This document shows positions 15,859 to 23,236 of a stretch of 26,382 nucleotides of DNA, in pieces. The DNA comes from a virus (Duplodnaviria > Caudoviricetes): positions 1-26,382 of IMG/VR virus record IMGVR_UViG_3300043580_000045; one strand, written 5' to 3'. A program made the position numbers and the translations under genes. The stretch's first letter is position 1. Every line of letters starts with the position of its first letter. The notes under the pieces were generated by a model. The model was not told the origin of the DNA. It saw only the letters and a list, made by a program, of their open reading frames with translations, and did no database searches.

Positions 15859-16461
15859 TCAGCCCGCCCGTCTTGGTCGCACGAACGACCGGAGCGACAC
15901 ACCCACGTCAGGGTCGACCCGCGCGAGCAATCGGAGCTCCGAGCCGCCCTGATCGGGCGAGCCCGCGACGCCGTACGGCGAGTCCCGGCGCGCGTTGAAG
16001 CGGGAGGCTTGCAGGCGGCACGCCAGCGTCACAGGCACGGGCACCGCGCTCCAGCCCCACGGCGCCGTAGCGTCGAGCTCGGGCTCACACCCGGTGGGTT
16101 GCACGGATGACGCGCGAGCGACCGCCAGGCGCGTCCACGGCCGGCCCTTGACGGCTGCGTTGCGCGGCTCCAGCGTGTAGTCGGTCAGCGCCGTACCGTC
16201 GATCGCCCACGTGGCGCCCACCGTGCTCATCAGGTCATCAATGTCGATAACCCAGCGACCACGCTCATCGTCGTAATACCACTCCGTGTAGACGCGCGCC
16301 TCTGGTGCGGCCACGAGTCCGAACTGACGGTTGGTGTGATCGTCGATGGCCCGGGAGGCAGCACTGATGTCGACTGCAAACTCGACGTCATCCACGTTGT
16401 CATGGACTCGCAGGTAATCCGCGAGTAGCTGATCAGTCAGATAGTCGGGCGCCCATGCCAT
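15859..16461 (-). CDS. Head-to-tail adaptor (SPP1 gp15/HK97 gp6-like), 200 aa
   Basis: AASRAIDDHTNRQF, WGWSAVP..V..AC and DPDV motifs; GGGGAGGT RBS. Confidence 0.8.
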   Translation of the reverse strand: MAWAPDYLTDQLLADYLRVHDNVDDVEFAVDISAASRAIDDHTNRQFGLVAAPEARVYTEWYYDDERGRWVIDIDDLMSTVGATWAIDGTALTDYTLEPRNAAVKGRPWTRLAVARASSVQPTGCEPELDATAPWGWSAVPVPVTLACRLQASRFNARRDSPYGVAGSPDQGGSELRLLARVDPDVGVSLRSFVRPRRAG

Positions 16462-16504
16462 CAGTGCCACCTCCCCTCATCGCTCGATCCGTGCGGTTGG
16501 TTGG

Positions 16505-16810
16505 TTACTCGCCCAGCTTCAGCGCGTTGCGCGTGATGTTGCTGTCGGCCAGCCGCGCAATGCGCTCTTGCTCGATGGCGTCCAGCCGCGCGCCCTCGCT
16601 CAGGCGGAAGCGCGCCCGGTTGTCGTCCGGTTCCGCGCTGGTGACCGCGGCGCGCAACGCGGCGTTCTCCGCGCGGAGTTCCGCGTTCTCGGCGATCAGC
16701 TCGGCGTGAGCGTCGTCCTCCGCGGCGATGGCCGCGATTTCATCGTCGGTCAGCTCGGGCGCGTCCGGCGCGTCCGGCGCATCCGGCGCGGGCTTGTCGG
16801 TCTTGGCCAT
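16505..16810 (-). CDS. Acidic coiled-coil head-region protein, 101 aa
   Basis: GGAAGGGG RBS; (PDA)x3 encoded by a 9-bp tandem repeat at 16761-16790; LIAENAELRAENAALRA heptads. Confidence 0.65.
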   Translation of the reverse strand: MAKTDKPAPDAPDAPDAPELTDDEIAAIAAEDDAHAELIAENAELRAENAALRAAVTSAEPDDNRARFRLSEGARLDAIEQERIARLADSNITRNALKLGE

Positions 16811-16856
16811 GATGGCGATTCCCCTTCCGTGGGTACCGGTCTCGTTGGTTGGTGCG

Positions 16857-17219
16857 CTACCGGACGAGGGTCGCGCCGACTGAGTACGTGATCGAGTTGC
16901 CGTTGCCGTGCGTGCACGTGATACGCACCTGGTCGCCGAGCGGCGCACTCGCGGAGAGGTTTGCCGCGACCGTTACGCCGAGCGCCACCACGTACGTGTT
17001 GGTCGTGACCGTGGCCACCGCGGCGGACGTCAAGAGGTTGACCCACTTGCCCGAGACGCTGTCGAGCGTGTCAATCGTCGTGATCACAGACGGTGTGGAT
17101 GTAACCGCGGTCGCATCGAGTACGACGCGGATGCCCCGGCATCCGCGCGGAATGGCGACCTGCACGGCGGTAGGGGTGGCGGTGCGAGCCGCGCTCGCGT
17201 AAATGGTCTTGGTGCTCAT
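16857..17219 (-). CDS. Putative capsid decoration/accessory virion protein, 120 aa
   Basis: AAGGGA RBS; Thr/Val/Ala-rich all-beta pattern; immediately after the capsid gene. Confidence 0.6.
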   Translation of the reverse strand: MSTKTIYASAARTATPTAVQVAIPRGCRGIRVVLDATAVTSTPSVITTIDTLDSVSGKWVNLLTSAAVATVTTNTYVVALGVTVAANLSASAPLGDQVRITCTHGNGNSITYSVGATLVR

Positions 17220-17284
17220 CGTGTGATCCCTTTCGGTGCTCGTCGGTCTACTTCGGACCGGTAGGCCTTGCGATTGCTTGGGTG

Positions 17285-17323
17285 GGCCGTCCGGCGCCCC
17301 GGGGGAGTGAGCGCCGGACGGCC
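17285..17323 (-). terminator. Strong hairpin just after the capsid stop (terminator or mRNA stabiliser)
   Basis: GGCCGTCCGGCGC / GCGCCGGACGGCC 13-bp stem. Confidence 0.6.
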
Positions 17324-17330
17324 GGTACGG

Positions 17331-20300
17331 CTACTGCGGGTCGTAGATGACCTCACGGATACCGGTGTCGTCCGTGCTGGCCGTGGCCTTGTATCCCCAG
17401 ATGGCCACATCGACGTACGCCACGCGGTATTCGAACTGGAGCCGCTGTGGCGCGGTCGCCCACCCGTGCACGTTGGCCCGGTCGAAGAGGTAGGACGACG
17501 CGGCCACCGTGCCGGACGCGGCGAGCGCCCACGCCGGACGGCCACGCAGGCCCGCAATGTTCAGGTCCGCGAACAGTTCGGACACAGTGCCGTTGGCGTT
17601 GACCGCCCCGAGCATCGGAAGCAGCTTGCGCCCATCGCCGTCAACCGCGGCGGCCAGCGCCTTGTAAAGATCGACCTGAAGAAATAGATCGCGCATGCTC
17701 ATGCCGCCGCGCACGAACTGGAGCGCCGCGATGGCAGCTTCGAGCTCGCCCGTGAGTTGGTCGTCAACCGCCGCTGTGGTAAGCGTGATGCCGGTCGGGG
17801 TGAGTCCGTCCAACAGCGTCACGGCCGATGCTTCCAGCGCCTCGAACCATGACTTCTGCATCTGGCGCCAGATGATGCCGGACAGTTGCGGGTTGCCGCC
17901 CTGGTCCCACGCCTCGCGGGTGATCTCCACCTTGCCGCTGACCGCGCTCGGCGTGATGGTCTGCGACGTCGCGACGAACGTGCCCGGGGTCGGCTCGACG
18001 CCCTGCACGTGCGCGGCCACGAGACCCGTTGCGCTGGAGAACTTCGGCAGCACGAACGGAGTCATGTCCGCCAATGTGCCTTTGTTGATCGCGTCCCAAA
18101 TCGGGTACGCGAAATCCTTCTGGTCCACGTACATGTCCGGGCGCTGGCGGTTTGGGTTGAGCGGAGCGGCGTCCGTCGTGTCCACATCGAACTGTGCGCG
18201 GGCCGGACCGGCGACAAACTGGTCGCTCATCGCTTGAAGGAACATGCTTGCGCGGGTCATTGCTTCGCCGTCGCCCTGCGACCCGGCAACGAGATCCCGC
18301 GAAAAGTCGTAGGTCTCGCCCTTGGTCAAGTTACCCTCGCGGTCGAACCGGTATGGCAACGGCTCAGTCACGCTGGTGGACGTGGTCGGGCGTGGACCGG
18401 TCGCGCCGAGCCGGCGCGTCGGGTCCACAACCTCGGGACGCTCCGGCGCGGCCGGCGCGGGGGTCAGGTGCGGCACGCCGAGCAGCACGCCCAGACCGCC
18501 ACCCGCGATGATCGCGTCAAGTTGCTCACGCGAGAGGGTCAGACCGCCCGCGGGGGTTGCCGGCGCGGCTGGCGCTTGCGGCGTCACGAGCGCCTGAAGC
18601 GCCCCGGGGTGGGCGAGTAGCGCGCTGATCTGCTCCGCGTTCAGGGCGAGCCCTGCGGTCGCCTGAATCTGGTTCGCGGGTGGGTTGGGTGCGGCACAGG
18701 CCACGCCTGCGGCGTGAGTCTGCCCGCACTGCTGGCATGGGTCCATGTGCGTCCCTTCGGGGTTGGTGCGCGACGCGGCCACCTTGGTCACGCGGGCATC
18801 GTCAAAAAGCGGCATCGCGGTGAGCGATGTCTCGCGGAGATCGGCGCGCTGTACGAGCATCACGCCGTTGTCGTCCATCGCCGTGTCTTGCGACATGTCG
18901 AAATCGACGCCTACCGACAGTCCATCGAGAACACCCTCCGCCGCGAGCGAGAGCGCCTCATCGCCAGCGGTGCCCTTGGCCACCTTGAACGACGTCATCA
19001 GGCCGTTGGGCGTGTCCTTCAGCGCGACCGCGTACCCGATCGCCTGGCCCGAGTCGTGGTCGCGCAGGAGCTTGACCCGCGAGACCGCCGAGCCGTTCCA
19101 TTTGATCGAGCCCCGCAGAAACGCGAACTTGAGCCCGTACTTGCGACCGACCACGCCGTACGGCAACGCAAGCCCCGTGATGGTCCTGCGGGTAGTGTCC
19201 ACAGTGAACTGTGCTGATACGTGCTCGGCGTCCGCGGTCCACGTCGAGCCCTCGCCCGCGCTGAACCCGTACCCGGCCAGCGCGCTCGCGTCGCTCGGAA
19301 TCACAACGTCCTCCGGTTGCGGTAGTGGGGCTGGCGCCGGCTTTGGCTTGGGCGCGCCGGGCGGCATGTTCTCCTCCGCGCGCACCTCCTCCGGGCTCAT
19401 CACGCCCTTGTCGATGGCGATGCCGTACACCGCCCAACGCTCGGTCGGGTTGGCGCGCAGGTAATCGTCAAGATCAAAAATGACGCGATGGTTGCGCCGG
19501 GTCACGTCGCCCATCGAGAGCCGCTGCGTGATCGCGAGCATGTACGGCGACAGAACGTCGTTGATGCGGTCACGCCGCCGGTCAATCGCGTTCGTGTACG
19601 TGCGGGATGTGGTGCTGACCCCCAGGTCCTCGGGATCGATCCCGAGCGCGTTCGCGATATCGAGCGATGCCTGTTTCTGGAGCTCGACAAGCTGGAGCTC
19701 GGCCGGACTCGGCGTGTCGACCGAGTTGTATTTCATCGCCCGCGGCACCCAGGCGGTTGAGCGCTTTTTGCGTGCCGCTTTCCATCGGGCGAGGATGTCC
19801 TTAACCTCGTCATCGTCCACCTCGTCCGCGCCATCCGAGGGGGTGAAGTAGTCGAGCGGTCGCGGGTCATCCGCGTACATCGACGCGGCAGAGTCCAGCA
19901 GGATCGCGCGCCTGATCGCCTTCGCGCCGGCCGAGAGGACCGGGGGATTCGGCGAGTCGAAGCGGATGACGTTGCTCGCGCTGACCTTCTGACCGTTGAC
20001 CCACACCACGGACTCGCCGCGGGGGTCCACACCGGACGGTAGCGGCGCCGTGCCGGTACCCGGCGGATTGACCGAGACCATGCCGACGTCGAGATGTTGG
20101 CACTTGGTCGGGAAGCCGGCCCCGTCGCGCTCCACGATGCGCCACCACGCGATCGACTCGAAAAGTAGATCTTCGAGGGTCTGCGCGAGCGTTACCACGT
20201 TGGCCACGTCGCGATCGAGTTGCACCAGCAACGGGTTAGTGATCGGGCGGTTGTTCGCGTCGTACTGGCACAGCGGGAGCGTCGAGATTGAACAGATCAT

Positions 20301-20498
20301 GTTCCGGCCGCGTTGCACGGCCGGGACGGTCAGCGCGGCGGAACGGCTCACGCGGCCCCCGGACACGCGGCCGGTCATGTCCAGAATGACCTGATCGATG
20401 GGACGCGGCGCGGGCTCGCTGAAGGTGTGCTCAGCGCCCGAGAGCGCCACCGCGACACGCGCGCCGAGCCGACGCCACCATCCCATGCCCGAGATCAT
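17331..20498 (-). CDS. Portal - prohead protease - major capsid fusion protein, 1055 aa
   Basis: aa ~50-380 portal (ALTVPAV.RG, IANALGI.P..LG, FDLDDYLR, MSPEEVRAEEN); aa ~432-577 HK97-type protease (RTITGLALPYG, LLRDHD, GLSVG, ETSLTAMP.F..ARV); aa ~585-1055 scaffold plus HK97-fold capsid. No stop between domains. Confidence 0.88.
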   Translation of the reverse strand: MISGMGWWRRLGARVAVALSGAEHTFSEPAPRPIDQVILDMTGRVSGGRVSRSAALTVPAVQRGRNMICSISTLPLCQYDANNRPITNPLLVQLDRDVANVVTLAQTLEDLLFESIAWWRIVERDGAGFPTKCQHLDVGMVSVNPPGTGTAPLPSGVDPRGESVVWVNGQKVSASNVIRFDSPNPPVLSAGAKAIRRAILLDSAASMYADDPRPLDYFTPSDGADEVDDDEVKDILARWKAARKKRSTAWVPRAMKYNSVDTPSPAELQLVELQKQASLDIANALGIDPEDLGVSTTSRTYTNAIDRRRDRINDVLSPYMLAITQRLSMGDVTRRNHRVIFDLDDYLRANPTERWAVYGIAIDKGVMSPEEVRAEENMPPGAPKPKPAPAPLPQPEDVVIPSDASALAGYGFSAGEGSTWTADAEHVSAQFTVDTTRRTITGLALPYGVVGRKYGLKFAFLRGSIKWNGSAVSRVKLLRDHDSGQAIGYAVALKDTPNGLMTSFKVAKGTAGDEALSLAAEGVLDGLSVGVDFDMSQDTAMDDNGVMLVQRADLRETSLTAMPLFDDARVTKVAASRTNPEGTHMDPCQQCGQTHAAGVACAAPNPPANQIQATAGLALNAEQISALLAHPGALQALVTPQAPAAPATPAGGLTLSREQLDAIIAGGGLGVLLGVPHLTPAPAAPERPEVVDPTRRLGATGPRPTTSTSVTEPLPYRFDREGNLTKGETYDFSRDLVAGSQGDGEAMTRASMFLQAMSDQFVAGPARAQFDVDTTDAAPLNPNRQRPDMYVDQKDFAYPIWDAINKGTLADMTPFVLPKFSSATGLVAAHVQGVEPTPGTFVATSQTITPSAVSGKVEITREAWDQGGNPQLSGIIWRQMQKSWFEALEASAVTLLDGLTPTGITLTTAAVDDQLTGELEAAIAALQFVRGGMSMRDLFLQVDLYKALAAAVDGDGRKLLPMLGAVNANGTVSELFADLNIAGLRGRPAWALAASGTVAASSYLFDRANVHGWATAPQRLQFEYRVAYVDVAIWGYKATASTDDTGIREVIYDPQ

Positions 20499-20506
20499 TG
20501 CACATA

Positions 20507-20550
20507 CTGTGCACGCACAGCCATAGCTGACCGCTGTGCGCGTGTCAACA
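20507..20550 (-). promoter_or_regulatory. Promoter/operator upstream of the head polyprotein gene
   Basis: TTGACA(20548-20543)-17 nt-TATGGC(20525-20520), overlapped by CTGTGC-type motifs like those in the immunity region. Confidence 0.55.
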
Positions 20551-20551
20551 G

Positions 20552-22159
20552 TTACTCGGGAGCGATCACCAACCGCGGCTTGCCGATCGGCGCGGGCAGG
20601 GTCCGGGCGAGATGCACCGCGCCGGCCGTCGCGTAGGCGGCGTCACAGTGCCCACCACCGCGCCGGCTGAACACCCACGTATCGCCGGGCCGGCGGAGCT
20701 TTTCCGCCCCGATGACGTGTGCGTTGATCAAGGGGTCATCCGAATGGACGATGCGGCCGGCGGTAACTTGCTCGGCCAGGCCCATGCACACCGCGGCGAG
20801 CTCGCCCCGAATCTCCTCCACTGTGACCGATGCAGGGAGCGTCGACCTGCGTCCCTCGCGCGGCTTGAGATCCGCCCCGAGGACCGCGGCCGGCCCGACC
20901 GGCAACCACCCGAGCGCTTGCGGCCTGATCCTGGCCACGAGCGCCGGTAGGTCACGGCGCATGGCGTCGACACACCCAACACCTTCCCACGCCTTGATCG
21001 CCTCGACACGGACACGATCGTCAGGCAGTACCGCGGCGGCGATCAGGGATGCGTGCAGCTCGTCGGGCGCGATGTCGACCACGAGCGCCACCCGCGAGCG
21101 GACCGCGGCCAGCGTGCCCGGAACGTGACCGCGGCCCCAGGCGCCGGAGTCCACGGCCGGGTCGAGCATCGGCACTGTGACGCACATCGATTCAGTCTTG
21201 AAGCTGGCCAGCGCCTCACCGCCGAGCCGGACTGCGCGGTTGGCTTTCGCGATCAGCACGGCGCCATCCTTGCGCCGGTTCAAGTTCGGGTTGGCCTGCG
21301 CGAGTGCCTCGATGTCGCGCGGGTCCGCGCCAGAGTCCGCGGACCACTCGAAGAGCCCGAGCCGCGGGTCATGACCCGCGGCGATGAGCTCGGCCATGCC
21401 CACCTCACCGCGCTCATTGATGTACTCGATCATGGCGAGCGCTTCCGCCCTGTGGTCGTTGAGGACCACCGAGCGCGCGTCGCCAGCGTTGCTCAGTGCC
21501 CAAATCTGCGCGTCCCACACCGCGGATGTCGCCTCTTCCGCCGCGCCCCAGGCTGAGTAGTCGTGGTGCTGGCGGAGCTCGTCGCAGACGAGACGGTTGA
21601 TCGTGAGCGACCGCCCACCCTCCTCGTTGCTGGCCGCGATCTTGTACCGAGAGTCCTCGATGGTGCGGCTCTCTTGCTCGCCGTTCGTGTCCCGTGTCCA
21701 GCGGCGCGGCCCGCGCAATGCGTCGAAGTCGGGTGTGGACTCCGCGAGCTTGGTCGACTTTTTCCACGACTCTTTGGCGTACTCCAGTTTGGTTGATGTG
21801 CCCAGGATCAGCGGGAAAGAATCTATAAACTGCCAATAGAGGGTGAGAATAACCAACAATTCTGTTTTGCCGTTCTGTCGCGCGACGAGCACCAACACGA
21901 CCAGGAAGCGCGGGCGCCCATCCGGCAAGAGCTCGCCTGCATGGATGGCGAGCCACTCCTGCCATGGGTCCATCGGGTGGCGCAGCGTGTGCCGCGCGAA
22001 ACGCGCCTGCCTGAAACCGACGCTGGTCTCCGGGGTCAGCTCACGTAGCGGCGGCGTCCAGAGCCTAGGTTCCGTGCTGCCGAGTACGCTCGTCGCGCTC
22101 GCGACGGAGCCGCTCGAACTCACTCTCGACTCGCGCTGGTCCAGCAGTGGCGCTGCCAT
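20552..22159 (-). CDS. terL: Terminase large subunit, 535 aa
   Basis: DPWQ adenine-binding motif, Walker A VARQNGKT, Walker B LVCDE, SNAG coupling motif, ANPNL, nuclease VVDI and CDAAYA. Confidence 0.93.
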   Translation of the reverse strand: MAAPLLDQRESRVSSSGSVASATSVLGSTEPRLWTPPLRELTPETSVGFRQARFARHTLRHPMDPWQEWLAIHAGELLPDGRPRFLVVLVLVARQNGKTELLVILTLYWQFIDSFPLILGTSTKLEYAKESWKKSTKLAESTPDFDALRGPRRWTRDTNGEQESRTIEDSRYKIAASNEEGGRSLTINRLVCDELRQHHDYSAWGAAEEATSAVWDAQIWALSNAGDARSVVLNDHRAEALAMIEYINERGEVGMAELIAAGHDPRLGLFEWSADSGADPRDIEALAQANPNLNRRKDGAVLIAKANRAVRLGGEALASFKTESMCVTVPMLDPAVDSGAWGRGHVPGTLAAVRSRVALVVDIAPDELHASLIAAAVLPDDRVRVEAIKAWEGVGCVDAMRRDLPALVARIRPQALGWLPVGPAAVLGADLKPREGRRSTLPASVTVEEIRGELAAVCMGLAEQVTAGRIVHSDDPLINAHVIGAEKLRRPGDTWVFSRRGGGHCDAAYATAGAVHLARTLPAPIGKPRLVIAPE

Positions 22160-22493
22160 TCACCACACCCCCCTTCGCACCGCGGCCGGCCAGCGTCAGC
22201 CCGAGCGACGTGAGCGCGGCGAGCAACTTTGGCCCGAGGTCGCTCGCCACCGAGTGGGCCGATAGCGCGTCTGTGATCTTGCCCCAGTGTTTGACGTAGT
22301 CCACGCCCATCACGGGATCGAGTACCGCGAGCGTTTCGAGTGCACGCGTTACCGCCTCGATCGACTCGCGGAACTTGGCGGCCGGCGCGGCATCGTCGAT
22401 CAGCGCGGCGTAGCGCCGGCACAGCGCCGCGGCCCCCTCGTCCGCCTTGCCGAGCTCGACCGCGGCCAGCGAGGCGCCAACCGCGCGCGTCAT
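22065..22493 (-). CDS. terS: Terminase small subunit, 142 aa
   Basis: D.GAAALCRRYAALID...LGPKLLAALTSLGLT...R...FERLR pattern of actinophage TerS; directly upstream of TerL. Confidence 0.78.
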   Translation of the reverse strand: MTRAVGASLAAVELGKADEGAAALCRRYAALIDDAAPAAKFRESIEAVTRALETLAVLDPVMGVDYVKHWGKITDALSAHSVASDLGPKLLAALTSLGLTLAGRGAKGGVVNGSATAGPARVESEFERLRRERDERTRQHGT

Positions 22494-22638
22494 CGGCCCG
22501 CCCCGTGCCGGCGCGGCCGGCGCCGGCAACGCGACCACGATCGGGTCGAGCGCCGGAGCGTCCGCGCACTCGGCGTGCACGGCACCCGAGATCCGACTGC
22601 CTTTGACGATCGGCCGCCGGTCGCCCTGGTCACGTCGC

Positions 22639-22719
22639 TCACCAGTTCACCGCGCTGTAGATCCCATCGACGATCTCCTGTATCCGATCGCTCAACCAGT
22701 CCAACAGTCGCGTCAGCAT
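22639..22719 (-). CDS. Possible 26-aa amphipathic peptide MLTRLLDWLSDRIQEIVDGIYSAVNW
   Basis: G-rich RBS-like sequence upstream; first ORF after the candidate cos; GTGA overlap with a following weak 50-codon ORF. Confidence 0.35.
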   Translation of the reverse strand: MLTRLLDWLSDRIQEIVDGIYSAVNW

Positions 22720-22754
22720 GACCCACCCCCCTGACCTGCGCTTATGGAGGCCCG

Positions 22755-22810
22755 GGGAGAGGGACAGGACACGTAGGCAGGGTGTCCGGGATGTCCGTTT
22801 AGGAAAAAAT
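22755..22810. other. Candidate cos (terminase cleavage) site
   Basis: Non-coding, between HNH and terS; dyad GGACA-GGACAC-GTAGGCAGG-GTGTCC-GGGA-TGTCC flanked by an A6 tract and GGGGAGAGGG. Confidence 0.5.
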
Positions 22811-22815
22811 GACCA

Positions 22816-22971
22816 TTAATTTGGCGAGATTTGTCCTGAAATGGAGCGCAACCACTCCGCGATTTCGTGCAGACCCACGGACCCGTCCGCGATGAGTACA
22901 ACCGCGGCGATCGCCAGCCCCACCAGTGCCGGCATGCGCCAGCGTCGCCAACCCCTCGATGTGTCATCCAT
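22816..22971 (-). CDS. Small single-TM protein, 51 aa (not in ORF track)
   Basis: MDDTSRGWRRWRMPALVGLAIAAVVLIADG...; starts 4 nt after the HNH stop. Confidence 0.5.
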   Translation of the reverse strand: MDDTSRGWRRWRMPALVGLAIAAVVLIADGSVGLHEIAEWLRSISGQISPN

Positions 22972-22975
22972 GCCC

Positions 22976-23236
22976 CTACCATCTCGTCACCGGCCGTGGT
23001 TGTGGGTCAGGCTTTCGGTTAGGATCGCCGATCTTCAGATTGCACGGCGTGCACGCCGCCACCATGTGGGCGGGATCGTCCCCCGTGATTGCCCTGCCCT
23101 TGGTGTGATGCGCGCAGTCGGCCACACCGACACAGACGCTTAGCTTGATCTTGCATTGGTATCCGTCCCTCGCCAACACCTGCGCGCGCACCTTGCGCCA
23201 TGCGCGCGTGCTGCCCTTCGCCCATGATCCGCTCAC
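22976..23236 (-). CDS. HNH endonuclease (HK97 gp74-like packaging cofactor), 86 aa
   Basis: WRKVRAQVLARDGYQC...C....HH...AACTPCNLKIG; position just before cos/terS; GTGA overlap with the helicase stop. Confidence 0.85.
   Translation of the reverse strand: MSGSWAKGSTRAWRKVRAQVLARDGYQCKIKLSVCVGVADCAHHTKGRAITGDDPAHMVAACTPCNLKIGDPNRKPDPQPRPVTRW

Noticed and set aside
16761-16790. 9-bp tandem repeat as a regulatory element
   Set aside because: In-frame coding repeat (PDA x3) in a low-complexity N-terminus.
22065-22159. 95-nt terS/terL overlap as a recoding site
   Set aside because: terL has its own G-rich RBS and ATG at 22159; such overlaps are common and no shift motif is evident.
7851-22493. 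Gene transfer agent or satellite rather than a phage
   Set aside because: Integrase, attP, immunity switch, replication genes, HNH/cos and full head, tail and lysis sets are all present.
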